Assembly (NCBI RefSeq): GCF_009914755.1
Contig: NC_060928.1
Source: the human T2T-CHM13v2.0 reference genome, Homo sapiens
Direction: 5' to 3' (one strand)
DNA length: 64,000 nt
The first letter of the stretch is position 1. Every line of letters starts with the position of its first letter. The notes under the pieces are model-generated. The model was given only the letters and a program-made list of their open reading frames with translations, did no database searches and was not told where the DNA came from. Made by a program: the position numbers and the translations under genes. Positions 13,410 through 26,356 of the stretch are shown one piece after another.

Positions 13410-13959
13410 TCTGAGACTGTAGTAGGTATGTTCAGGGAAGGGCTATTAGAAGCAATTAGTTTTACCATTCATTTATCCTAATGTGAATTCCAGAAGTCAG
13501 TGATCACACGGAGGCATATATACAACAAGCACACACATACGCACACATGTACATACACACACCATAAAAGTAGCAATATTGTGCCTTGGCCACTGAATGA
13601 GTAGTCAATTATCAACTGATGTTTGAAGGATTCAACCTGAAACAACTAGGCTAAGGGAAACAAATAAAGAACAAGCTTATGATCCAAGTAACGATGATCC
13701 TGCACATACTTGTTATATTTTTAGATGATCTGCTGAGGTCAATAAAATTTTTAGTGTTGGAAAATGTTTAAAATGATTCTTTTAGAATCACCCTAAGGAT
13801 TAGTTGAGGATCATAGCAAAAATGCTCTGATCCTGACTTCTTGCCTCAGGAGTTTCTAGGTTGAAACATTAAAATAATAATTTCCTAGGAGTTAGATGAT
13901 CCAAATGTAAAATGGAAGGGACTAAGCCAAATGTTTCCAGTTAGAAATATTTTGCTCAC

Positions 13960-14165
13960 TAGATGGCTTTAACACTAACTAGTTGGATGACCCTAGTTAT
14001 GTTATTTAAGAGTTTAAGCTATACACTTCACAAATCTGAAAAGTGGATAAATTTTGTCTTTAGGTTTCTTACATGTATTTATTATATAATATACTTAAAG
14101 TGTAGAATATAGTTTCTACCATTAAAATGATCATTAAATGATAGTATAAATAATGTTAATGTTTA
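13960..14165 (+). mobile_element. MIR fragment
   Basis: Degraded MIR-like core (actaactagttggatgacccta...cttcacaaatctgaaaagtggataa). Confidence 0.4.
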
Positions 14166-14948
14166 ATTTTCTTAACTATATTTGCAGAATGCAGCACCTA
14201 ACAGTATATTAATAAATATCAACAGAATCTTGACATCTGTTGTATTCTATTGTATAAATGTTTTAAGTGACTATGTCTAAAAATTAAAGTAAAATAAAGT
14301 GTATATAGAGGAAGGCTACATTTGCCTCCTTACTTATATCTTAGGAAAGTTAGAAAATATTTCAAATGCTTGTTAGTGTAGGTCATATGAAAGTTTTTTT
14401 TTTTTTAATTAAATCCTACAACAAATATGACTGTCATGAGGATTTCCTAAGGAAAAAATTATGTAGGGAACATTCAGCTACTGTGTGACTGATAAAAAAT
14501 ATACTTGGGGTAAATAAACAGGAATCTCTCTTTTTCCTTTTGCAATTTCACTGCTTGAATAAGTAACTATTTTTCTTTATATTCTTATCTTAGCCTTCCA
14601 TTATACTTATTGACATCCATAATACCTGCACTTCCAATCACTATGAGAAATGAAAATTTCCCAAAACAGATATTAGATTGTACAGCATCATTTATAGTCA
14701 TTTTAAACATAATCTTTGTGCTTCAATTTAACAACTTATATTAATTTTTAATGAAATTCCTTAGGAATATAAGTTTGCAATAACAACAGCTATATGGAAA
14801 AGTAATATTCCTCTTCATAAAACAATTTAAGATTTTAAGTAGATGGAAAAAAAAAACCCTGGTTTAAATTTAAGGTGACCATTTAAAATATTTTATAATA
14901 CTATCTGAAGTTTTAGAGTAATTTTAATATTTTATTTCAATTAATATA

Positions 14949-15283
14949 CAATTATTGTTTCATAATATTGCTTAAATTAATAACAATGTGCATATATTAC
15001 AGTGGTCTCATAATATTATAATACTATATTTTTACTATACCTTTTCTATGTTTAAATATACAAATACTTATTATTATGTTACAGTTGCCTACAGTATTGA
15101 GTACAGTAACATGCTGTGCAGGTTTATAGCCTAGGAACAATAAACAATGCCATATCCTACATTTGTACTAGGCTGTACCATCTAGGTTTGTGTAAGCATT
15201 CTCTATGATGTTCCCACAAAGACAAAATTGCCTAACAAAGTCCTTTTCAAATTGTATCCCCATCTTTAAGTGACACAAGACTG
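14949..15283 (-). mobile_element. Tigger3a/MER7A non-autonomous TcMar-Tigger element
   Basis: gcctacagtattgagtacagtaacatgctgtgcaggtttatagcctagga and ccatctaggtttgtgtaag; TA dinucleotides at both ends. Confidence 0.85.
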
Positions 15284-16399
15284 TAATTGCTCTATATAAA
15301 TGAACTGAAAGTTTCAATGGAAGGAATAAAGGATATAAGAAAAAAGGTTTAGGACAGATGTGTTGTTTCCATTAATGCCAAGATCACTATACTTGATGAG
15401 CAATTAAAGTAACAGCAGATGGTGGAGAATTAGGGAACTATAAGAACAAAAACAGTATTAAAAGAGAAGAACTAATGCAAAGTTCCGTAATTCTCATTAT
15501 TCTCTAAAATTAACTTTCTTTTTAGTCTAATGTATATATTCCTTCATATCTAACTGTTAAAATCAAGGACTTAAAATAGTAGCAATCAATAAAGCTGAAG
15601 TAATATGATTCAAAGATAGCCAACCTTACTGAATTATTTTCTGTAAGTCATCTGTTAGCATACATGTACTTCTATTAATGAACCCACTATATAAGGCAAT
15701 TTTTTTCAGCTCTTGTCTTGTAGAATTTAGGTTAATGTCTCCATCTCTAAGATGTAACATAAAGGACATTATTTTGTGGAAACTACCAGCTAGGGATAGT
15801 GAGCTGAGAAGGGATGGAGAGATGGGCTGAGAAAATTTATTTGAACATTCAAAGCACAGAGAATCAAAGGCAGACATGATTCAGGTTGGTGATAGTCTCC
15901 CAAACAAGCACTATTTTCTTTCTTTTAATTTTATCAAGTTTTAAAATATGCCCTCTTTTCTCTCTTCTGTAGTGTTCTTCTCATAACTTAGCAGAGTTAA
16001 GATTAAAGTTTTTTTTATAGACTATGTCCAGGACCATATGCAGTTTTCAACTGTAGAGCAAATGATAATAAAAGTATCAGCTACCATATGGTAAGCAGGG
16101 TATTAAATTTTTTATATATTTCTGTGAAAAATATCATGTTTATAAGAACTCAGTAGTGTGACCTGTAACTTATAACTGGGTTATATGCCCTTACCCTTAG
16201 TTTATTTTAATTAAACAAAAGCATTATATAGTAAATGAATAAATTCATTATATTTTTTCCTCAAATAAATTAAATCTATATTTTAAGAAAATCCAGTAGC
16301 CACATTTACCAGTTCGCATCTTTCTGAATATGTCTTTTGGTAATTATTAGGTTTAGAAATTTGAGACAAACACTTTTCAATTGATTATCATGTGATTAT

Positions 16400-16870
16400 T
16401 TCAGTTATCTGATGATGTATAATTAATTACTGGTTCAACACAATGATTTATTTCTTCATCGTTCTCCACTTTGGGTTGGATTTTCCATAAATGGATTGTT
16501 GCTGCTCCGTATGATGTTGTGATGTTGGCTGGCAGACATGTGCCTACATTCACACATCTGCCATCTCAGCTGGATTGCTGCTGGAATGACTGAGGGTTGG
16601 CTAGACCTCTCTTTTCATGTAAGTTGTCGTTCATTCTGTGGTCCCTATAAGTGGTCTTACTCTTCACTAGAAAGTCAGAATTCTTTACATGACAGCTGAC
16701 TGACTTCTAAGAGGATAGATATAAAGGAAACTGCAACGCATCTTAAAACCTAAGCCGAGATCACACAATGTCATTTTCACACGTTCTGTTGGTCAAAAGA
16801 TATTTCCAGGATAGGCCAAATTCAGTGGGACAAATAATGTTTTTTTTTTCTTTTGACAAGAAGAACAGAA
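16400..16870 (-). mobile_element. Old MaLR LTR (MLT1-like)
   Basis: ttctttacatgacagctg...tcacacaatgtcattttcacacgttctgttggtcaaaa is MLT1-like. Strand and boundaries uncertain. Confidence 0.5.
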
Positions 16871-17229
16871 CAAAAACACAAGTATGGGAGTAATTGATAA
16901 TTACTGCAAAGTTAATGTACTATAAGCCTCAATATATAAATTTTAATGTATTTTACATTGGCATATACTTTGAGAATAATAAAACATTTTTGTCTGCAAA
17001 AAAACTGCACTTATTTTCTTCTGCCATCTCATTTCCTGATACTCCACACTGACTTATATTCTATTGTTTCTAATGTTCTTAGTTGTGTAGGGGTCATTAC
17101 TGAACTTTCGTAGGTGCTATTAGAAATTTTCTTAGTTTCATCTGTATAGTTTTTCATATAAAAATTTTAATTGCCATTGGAAGACAATGATGGACTTTAT
17201 TTTATAAGAAACAATTCACACAGGTGCTA

Positions 17230-17629
17230 TTGCAGTTGTTTCTATGTTTGTATATAAAGTTTATGATTACTCATGAGATCAACACCAGTACAGAAGTGGA
17301 GGAAGCATAATTGAGCAGAGGAGAGATTTAGCTGCCATATTGCTGCACCAAGACTCAGCAGATACTATGAAGAGATCAAGAGTTGAGATGGCTTTTTAGA
17401 CTTATCTTGAATTTAGGCAAGCTAGCTCAAATTATTTACCCCTGCAACAGTTGTCATTATGTGTAATCTTTCTTGGGCAAAAAAGCTGTCTTCAGTTGAA
17501 AAGAGGTTCCAAGGAGAGACTCAAATGAGAGCTATTGTCTGCGAAGACTTCCAACAAATGGGAAACACATGTTTCATTCCTTAAAGGGGAGATATTCTCC
17601 TGGGTCATACACCACATATGTGTACTACA
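17230..17629 (-). mobile_element. ERVL LTR (LTR16A-like) solo LTR
   Basis: gagcagaggagagatttagctgc...ggagagactcaaatgagagc...caccacatatgtgtactaca resembles the reverse of the LTR16A start (tgtagtggatgctgtggtg). Confidence 0.6.
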
Positions 17630-18399
17630 GGAACAAATAGTAAGCCTGAATAATTGATCTAATGTGTGTAATGAATTGGCATATATTTGTTTCATTATAT
17701 TGCATTGCCAATACTAGTGACATAAGATACCAAAAATAGCACATCCATATAGAAATGTAAGCGAATAAAAATCTTGAACTATGAAGATGGCTTATTTCTT
17801 TGAATGAGTGTTTATCCATAATACTAACATTAAGAAGATCTTCAAAATTATCTTGAATTTAAGCAAGATAGCTCAACTTTTTAAGGAGAAGATTAATATC
17901 TAATTTTTTCTTGCTGTTTGTGGCTGTGACTTCCTGGTAAGTAGTAACAGGAAAAAAAAACAAAGCTCATTTTACAAAACTGCATTCCATAATTCAAAAT
18001 TGGTTATTCTACTTGTATAAAGCTTCACTGAGGTCAAAATATGAGGAAACTATTTATTTCACAAACAAATAAATTCCATTTATATAAGGCCAAGGTTTTT
18101 CAGTAGATATAAGATAGCAAAGCCTATATTTTCTTTGTTATACATGCTTTGCTATTTTTTATGATTTAGTTTCTATTAATTAAATAATAAAAGTATAATT
18201 ACGTTAAACACATGAGCCAGCTTAAGTATGATGCTAATCTTATAAAATGTTAATAATATCATATTTTGAAAATTACTAGAATAGAAAAAGTGGCTTCTTT
18301 AAAATAAATAGAAAAATGAATAATAGTTATGATGTACTTTTATCTTCCATAAATAATGCAGTTCATTAAGGCATTACTTAAGAAAAATTAATTTATTAA

Positions 18400-19390
18400 A
18401 TACCAATAGCTAACATCATATTTACTACAGCTAACATCATATTTAATGATTAAAGACTAAATGCTTTCCTCCGCTGATAAAAAATAAAGCATGTGCTCAT
18501 CTTCAATACTGTTATTCAAAACAGAACTAGAAATTCCAGTTAACATATTTCAGAAAAAAAGAAAGAATATTTTTTTAAAAAGTCATACATATTAGAAGGA
18601 AAAATGAGTATGGCATATATTTCCAGGTTATAACATGGTCTACATAGGTTACCTCAAAGAATTTGCCTACAAATACTAGAATTAATAACTTCAGTTATCA
18701 AGGCCACAAGTTACAAGATAAACACACAAAAATTAATTACATTTCTATACATTTAAAATGAACCTATGGTTTATTAAATTTAAATTTATCAAATCATTTA
18801 GATTCTCTAAAAAAGATGAAATATTCAGGTATAATCTAACAAAAAGTACATAGAATTTGTATACTGAAAATTGTATAACACTAACAGAAGAAGTCAAAGA
18901 TCTTAATAAATGGAGAAAAAGTTCATGTTTATAAAACTAAATTTTATTTATAAAAAAAGAATAAAGTAGGAGAAATTACTCTGCCTAATATTAAGGCCTA
19001 CTATACAACCACCATAACACATACTGTGTGGTATTGGTGATGGTATAGACACATAGATTAATAGAACAATATAGAAAACCCAAAAACAGGCCCATAGAAT
19101 TGCAGCCAAATGAATTTTGGCAAAGCTACAAAAGAAATGTAATGGAGTAAATGTAGCTTTTCAACAACTAGTCCTGGAGTAACTGTATATCCATAGGAAA
19201 AGCAAAATAAAACAACCAAAAACCTCCCACAAAATTTAACTTAATCCTCACACTTTACAGCAAAAATTATAGAATCAAATGTAAAAAATACACCTATAAA
19301 ACTTTTAGAAAATAACATGAAATAAAATTTTCTTGGCATAATAATAATTGGTGAGAAGTTATGTCTAATGATGACATGAAAAGATTGATT
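18400..19390 (+). mobile_element. Old L1 (L1MC-like) ORF2 fragments
   Basis: agctaacatcatatttaatg...aaagactaaatgctttcc; tactgtgtggtattggtga...tagacacatagattaatagaac. Confidence 0.75.
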
Positions 19391-20514
19391 CAGAGACCTT
19401 TGAAGGAAGTAGCTTGCTGCTGCAGGTTCTGTGAGACAGCCAAAAAACTGTTGAGTGCCCAAAATGTGTGTGTGGGGGGTCGGGGGGTGAGAAGGGGATG
19501 TCCACTCATGAACACACACCCTCTCTGAGTAACCCAAAGATCCAGATCACGGGAGAAGGATTTGCTCTTACTTGGAGCTGAGATGAATTTAGACAGCTGA
19601 GCAAAATATAGGGTTAGAGGAAGCAGTGTGAAGAGTCCTGTGGACAGTCTCGGTCCCCAAGGAGCTACTCCTGATTTTGTCTCACGGGGGTCCCAGGGAA
19701 GGGCTGTCAGTGGAATTGGGAAAAGACCACAGGGAGAAAAAAACCTCCAGCTGAACTTTGTAACAATTTTCACCAAATATGAAGTTTCATGGACAGAATC
19801 CAGGAGAGAGAGTGAAGGGGGAGTGCAGATGCCAGCACAGAAATCACAGCAGGCAGGGAGGAGCAAAACCTAAAAGCCCCTGTTTGCTTTCTCAGGTGGG
19901 AGGCTTGTAGCTGGCAGCAAGTTCTCAGTCCTGCTGACTGCCTGGAAATAAATTCAGTGCTGTTGTCGGGGGTATGGTGCGAGTGAGACTGCCTTATCAG
20001 GCTGCGGGGGAGCTAGGTGACATATCTCCATCAACCTGAGAACCACACCCCATCCCCCACAGCAGCCACAGCAAGCCCAACACAAGTAGAGTACAAGCTC
20101 AGACACACCTAACCCCGCCTCCATGTGATGGTCTTTCTCTACCCACACTGGCAGCCAAAAACAAATGACGTAATTTCCTGGGAGCTCTGTGGCTCTGCCC
20201 ACTGCCTGATAAACTTATTCAGGCAACCCTGTTGCAGCTGATGCTCTTGAAAGTGCTACCTCCTGGTTGGAGGAAAACCAACAAAAAACCAGCACACTAA
20301 ACAAAACTACAAACAACAGTCCAGAGCCCAGTAGCTCCACTGGATGGTGACACCCAGAAGAGAAAAAACAATCACTGAAGTTTGGCAAGTTTGGCAAGAA
20401 ACCCCAGCTCTAGAAGAAGAGAGAGAGCACTATATCATGGGAGCACCCTGTGGGACAAAAAATATCTGAACAGCCCTTGAGCCCTAGATCTTCCCTCTAA
20501 CATAGTCTACCCAA

Positions 20515-21380
20515 ATGAGAAGGAATCAAAAAAACAATTCTGGTAATATGACAAAGCAAGGTACTTTAACACCCCCAAAAGATCACACGAGCCCACCAGC
20601 AATGGATCCAAACCAAGAAGAAATCTCTGCATTTCCAGAAAAAGAATTCAGAAGGTCAATTATTAAGCTACTCAAGGAGGAACCAGAGAAACATAAATAC
20701 CAACTTAAAGAAATTTAAAAAAAATGATGGAGGATATGGATGGAAAAGTATCCAGAGAAATAAATAGCATGAATAAAAACATCACAATTTCTGGAAATAA
20801 AGTACATTTAGAGAAATGCAAAATACACCAGAAAGTCCCAGCAATAGAGTTGAACAAGTAGAAGAAAGGACTTAAGAGCTTGAAGAAAAGGCGTTCAAAT
20901 TAACCAAATCCAACAAAGACAAATAAATAAATTAAAAACAATGAACAAAACTTCCAGGAAGTTTGGGACTGTGTTAAATGACCAAATATAAGGATAATTA
21001 GCCTTCCTTAGGGAGAAGAGAAATCTAAAAGTTTGGAAAACATATTTGAAGGAATAATTGAGGAAAACTTCCCTGGTCTTGCTAGAGATCTAGACATCCA
21101 ACTACAACAAGGTCAAAAACACCCCAGAAATTCCTTGCAAAAGATAATCACCTAGCACATAGTCATCAGGTTATCTAAAGTCAAGACGAAAGAAATAATT
21201 TTAAGAGCTGCAACACAAGAGCATCAGATAACCTAAAAAGGAAAGCCTATCAGATGAACAGCAGATTTCTCAGCAGAAACCCTACAAGCTAGAAAGGATT
21301 AGGGTCCTATCTTTAGCCTCCTTAAACAAAACAATTATCATCCAAGAATTTTCTATCCAGCAAAACTAAGCTTCACAAAT
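20515..21380 (+). pseudogene. Disrupted L1 ORF1p remnant
   Basis: 67-aa ORF 20515..20718 is the ORF1p N-terminus; downstream homology continues with stops and frameshifts. Confidence 0.85.
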
Positions 21381-21596
21381 AGACACTCTAACGTCATACC
21401 TCCTCAAGGAACTAGAGAAATAAAAACAAATCAAACCCAAACTCAATTGAAGAAAAGAAACAACAAAGATCAGAGCAGAACTACATGAAATTGAAACAAA
21501 AAAACACCAAAGATAAATGAAACAAAAAGCTGGTTCTTTGAAAAGTTAAACAAAATTGATAGATCATTAGCAAGATTAAAAAAAGAAAAGAAGAGA

Positions 21597-21858
21597 CTGT
21601 AAACACAGCACTTTGGGAGGCTGAGGCCAGGAGATCGAGACCATTCTGGCTAACACGGTGAAACTTTATCTGTATTAAAAATACAAAAAATTAGCTGGGC
21701 ATGGTGGCCGGAGCCTGTAGTTGCAGCTACGCGGGAGGCTGAGGCAGGAGAATGGCGTGAACCCGGAAGGCGGGAGCTTGCAGTGAGCCTAGATCGCGCC
21801 ACTGCACTCCAGCCTGGGCAACAGAGTGAGACTCCACCCACCACCCCTACCCTCCACA

Positions 21859-21887
<29 letters not shown>
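21597..21887 (+). mobile_element. AluY, 5'-truncated, with a small left-arm deletion
   Basis: ggagaatggcgtgaacccggaaggcgggagcttgcagtgagc (Y-type); polyA. TSD aaaagaaaagaagaga at 21581-21596 and 21888-21903. Confidence 0.93.
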
Positions 21888-21891
<4 letters not shown>

Positions 21892-22424
21892 GAAAAGAAG
21901 AGAGAAGATCCAAATAAGCTCAATTAGAAATAAAATGATAAATATTACAATCGATACCACAGAAATACAAAAGATCATTCAAGCCTTCTATGAAGGCCAT
22001 TACGCAGACAAACTAGAAAACCAAGAGGAGACAGATAGATTCCTGGAAATATACAACACCCCTAGATTAAACCAGGAAGAAATAGAAGCGGAACAGACCA
22101 ATAACAAGCAGTGATATTAAAATGGTAATTTAAAAATTGTCAGCAAAAAAAAGTCCAGGACCAGATGGATTCACTGCTGAATTCTATCGGACATTCAAAG
22201 AGGAATTGGTACCAATCCCATTGACACAATTCCAAAAGATAGAGAAAGAGGGAATCCTCCCTATGTCATTCTGTGAAGCCAGTATCACCCTAATACCAAA
22301 ACCATGAAAGTACATAACAAAAAAAGAAAACTACAGACCAATGTTCCTAATTAACATAGATGCAAAAATCCTCAACACAATACTAGCTAACTGAATCCAA
22401 CAGCATATCAAAAAGATAATCCAG

Positions 22425-22501
22425 TCCTGGGCTCAAGTGATCCTCCCTCATCGGCCTCTCAAAATGCTGGGATTACAGGCATGAGCTACCATGCCTCTTC
22501 C
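22425..22501 (-). mobile_element. Alu (J/FLAM-like) 5' fragment
   Basis: tcctgggctcaagtgatcctccc...aaaatgctgggattacaggcatgagc; the rest of the Alu is missing. Confidence 0.85.
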
Positions 22502-24445
22502 TCTAGTAATAAATTTAACCAAAGAAGTAAAAGATCTCTACAATAAAAAGTACAAAAAAATGATTAAAAATGGAAGAAGGCACTAATAAATGAAAAAATG
22601 CCACATTTATAAATTGAAAAATATAATATTGTTAAAGTGTTCATACTATACAATAGACATTGAATCTACATTTATTACAATCCATATCAAAATACCAATG
22701 ACATTTTTTACAGAATTAGAATGAAAATCCTAAAATTTTCATGGAACCACAAAATACATTGAATTGTCAAAGCAATATTAAGCAAAAAGAACAGAATTGG
22801 AGGCATCACACTATATATTACAAAGCTATAATTACCAATACAAAGTTATGTTACAAAGTGTATTACAAAGCTACAGTAATACACTTTACTTCAAAATATA
22901 TTGTAAAGCTTATAGTAACCAAAAAAACTTGTATTTATATAAAAATCGACACATAGTCTAAAAGAACAGAATAGACATCCCAGAAATAAGTCCACATATT
23001 CACAACCAACTGATTTTTGACAAAGGTGCCAAGAACATACATTGAAGAAAGTCTTTTTAATAAATGGTTCTGGGAAAACTGGATATCCACATGCAGAAGA
23101 ATAAAACTAGATCTCTCCCTCTCACCACTTAATAAAATAAAATCAAAATGCATTATAGATCTAAAGGTAAGACTCAAAATTATGAAACTACTAGAAGAAA
23201 ACACTGAAGAAATGCTTCATGTCATTGGTGGGGACAATGATTGCTTTGAGTAAGACTTCAAACAGCACAGGTAACAAAAGCAAAAATAGGCAAATGAAAT
23301 TACATCAAACTAAAAAGCTCCACAATGAAGAGACAATCTAAAGAATAGAGAAAATATTCAAAATCTGAGTATCTGACAATAAGTTAATCTTCAGAATATG
23401 TAAGGAACCTAGACAACACAATAGCAAAATCAATAATAATCTAATATAAAATTAAAAATATATCTGAATAATTTTCTCAAAAAAAAGTACAGCTGACCAG
23501 CAGGCACATTTTAAAAAGTGCTCAACATTGCTAGTCATCTGGGGAATGCAAATGATAACCACAATGAGACATCACCACACCCTAGTTGAATGACTATCAT
23601 AAAAAAACAGGCAAATGCTGGTGATGCTATGGAGAAAAAGGAACTCTTCTAAACTGTTTGTGGGAATATAAAGTAGTACAACCATTGTGGACAATAGTAT
23701 GAAAATTCTTCACAAAACTAAAAGTAGAACTACCATATGATCTAGCTACCACACTACTAGATATATCCAAAGGAAATTAAATCAGTATGTCACAGAGATA
23801 TCTACATTTCCATGTTTATTGCAGCCCTGTTCTCAATAGCCAGGATATGGAATCAGCCTAAGTGTGCATAAAAGGATGAATGAATTTTTAAAATGTGGTA
23901 TATATAAATATACAGAATGTTATATTATTCAGCCATCAAAAATAATGAAATCATGTTATTTGCAACAAAATAGATAAACTTAGAGGACATTTTGTTAAAT
24001 GAAGTAAGCCAAGGACAGGAGGACAAATACTGCATAATCTTACTTACATGTGCAATCTAAAAAAGTTGATCTAATGGAAGTAGAGAGTAGTATCGTGGTT
24101 ACCAGAGGCTGGGGAGAATAGAGGAGAAGGGGGTATGAGGAGAAGTTGATCAATAGGTACAAAGTTATAGTTAGATTGGAAGAATAAATTTTGATGCTGG
24201 ATTGCGTAGTAGAGTGAACATAGTCAACAATAACATATTGTTATTTCAACATAGCCAGAAAAAGGGTCTTGAATGCTCTCACCACAAAGAAATGACAAGT
24301 GTTTGAGGTGACGGATCTGCTAATTACCCTGACTGGATCATTACACAATGAAAATATGAATTGCAACATCACACTTTACTCCATAATTAGGCACAATTGT
24401 TATTTGACAATTGAAAACAAAATGAAATGTAAAATAAAATTAAAA
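22502..24445 (+). mobile_element. L1MA-type 3' ORF2 and 3' UTR
   Basis: ORF 23017..23253 (SLFNKWFWENWISTCRRIKLD) is the ORF2 C-terminal region; L1MA-type 3' UTR (accacaaagaaatgacaagtgtttgaggtgacgga) and A-rich tail. Confidence 0.9.
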
Positions 24446-24935
24446 CATTAGAAGAAATCTAAAGGCAGATGTGCAAGACTGATGTTGTAAAGGTATATAT
24501 ATATATATTTATATATAAACCATATACATAAACTCTGAGAACAATTAAATTTTAATAAATTAAAATATTTCTAATTTAATGAATTGAAAGTCTCAGTGAA
24601 TGTCTCCAAATTGTCCATACATTCAATGTAAATACCTATCAAATCCTGAAGTGTTTTGACATTGATAAGCTGAACCTGAAATTTATAGGACAATTTAAAA
24701 TGGTAAAGACAGTATTTCAGAAAGAGAGGTTTGGAAAATATACACCATAAGCTATTAAGACATTTTTAATAAAGCTAGATAAATTAATACAGTTGGTACA
24801 AAGAAAGACAAATACACAAACGGATCACAGTAGAGCATCAAGAAACAGACCCACATATAAAATGTCAATTTATTTTACATATTTTTATATTCATTTAGCA
24901 GGAAAATAAATTATTTCAATTAATGTTGATGAATG
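24446..24935 (+). mobile_element. Old L1M ORF2 fragment
   Basis: attgataagctgaacctgaaatttatagga; agaaacagacccacatata. Confidence 0.6.
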
Positions 24936-24959
24936 GTTTCATTGACCAGCAAAATACTC

Positions 24960-26355
24960 TCTTTTTTTACATGTCTGAGTATTTTTTCTCTTTCCATATT
25001 CCATTTGATTGTCTGCTTTTTTAATGTTTATTTTTACAGGGGACCAGGGGGATTTATAATTAGTTGTACTCAATACATTCTAGATGTGAGTCCCTTTTTC
25101 ATTATTTATGCTACAAATATATATTACAGCTTTTGTTTTTTCATTTTCTTAATAAATTTCCTGAATGCATTCTATCATCTTGCCTTCTGAAGCTTTCTCA
25201 TTTTGTCATTTGTACTTAGGTCTACAATCCAATGGGGACTTTTTTTTTTGGTAGTAGAAAAAATTTCATGTTTATCTTCAGTTTGGCTACTATATTTTAT
25301 TAATAAAATGTTTCTTTTTCCATGCTCTTTAGTGAAAATTTTGTAATGTGCAAGTAGATTTATTTCTGGGCTATCTTTCTACATTTGTTGTGCAATTACC
25401 ATAATACCGTCATTTTATAATAAACTTTTACATCTCACAACACATTCTTCTTCAACAATATTTCAACTATTTTTTGGCCCTTAATATACATACACATTTT
25501 GAAATTAGCTCGTTTATTTATCTAAAGAGATAGTGAAATTGTTGTGAATTTTGGGTAAATGCACCAAAACTATAATATAGTTTGTGTGAAATGGTGTCTT
25601 TGAAATATTGAGTCATCTGATCCATAAACATACTGTATTTCTACATTTATTTATTTATTTTAAATTTTCTCAGCAACATATTATTGTTTTATGTTTACAG
25701 GTCTTTCACATCATTAATTAGAATTGTATTCTAGGTATGTGATATTTCCAAAACTATAGGTATAGCAATTTTTATTAATTTTATTTTTAAGTGTTTGATA
25801 TTGTCACCTAAACATAAAATTGATTTTTCTATATTAGCCTTGTATCCAACTACTTTGCTGAATTTACTTATTCATGATAACAACCTTTAAAAATGTGTTT
25901 AAATGTTCTCAGTGCGTAATTATAACACTGATAAATTAAGAGAGTTTGCCTATTTCTTCCAAGTTACATATTGCTCTTCCTCCATTTTACTTTATTCTAC
26001 TGGATCTAAACTATGCTCTTGTTGAATGGAAGTGGTGTCAGTAGATAATTCTTCATTACACCCACATCAAAAAAGGGTTTCAAAAATTTCATCATTAAAT
26101 ATGTTACTTCACCATAACTGATGATAGGTAGGTAGGTAGATATTTAGTTAGACAATTGATGAAAGACAGACTGCGAGAAAGAGAGGGGGAGGGAGGGAGA
26201 GAGAGATTGGAGAGAGAGTTCTCTTGAATACCTAGTTCTTTAGAAGTCCCTTCCTATTTTAGTCTGTTCACATAAAGGAGTTAATTGAGTGACACTGTAA
26301 TCATTAACTAGCATTGCACTCTTGAAGCCAATCCATCCCATATATGGTATATTAT
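24960..26355 (-). mobile_element. Old L1M/L1ME ORF2 remnant
   Basis: aatattgagtcatctgatccataaacat; ccttgtatccaactactttgctgaatttacttatt. Confidence 0.65.
26123..26218. repeat. Compound (TAGG)/(GACA)/(GA) purine-rich microsatellite
   Basis: gataggtaggtaggtaga...gagagggggagggagggagagagagattggagagagag seen directly. Confidence 0.7.
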
Positions 26356-26356
26356 C

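Larger units (their letters stand above)
19391..22423 (+). mobile_element. L1PB-like element: partial 5' UTR, ORF1 and 5' ORF2, with an internal deletion and an Alu insertion
   Basis: GC-richer 5' UTR; ORF1 start MRRNQKNNSGNMTKQG...EKEFRRSIIKLLKE (20515); ORF2 motifs aaaagtccaggaccagatggattcac. Jumps from ORF1 into ORF2 at ~21380. Confidence 0.9.

Noticed and set aside
19474-19497. G-rich tract as a G-quadruplex
   Set aside because: Only three G-runs (G6, G6, G4); it does not meet the canonical four-run pattern.
19390-20397. 158-aa and other minus-strand ORFs
   Set aside because: Antisense frames in a decayed L1PB 5' UTR with no recognisable protein similarity.
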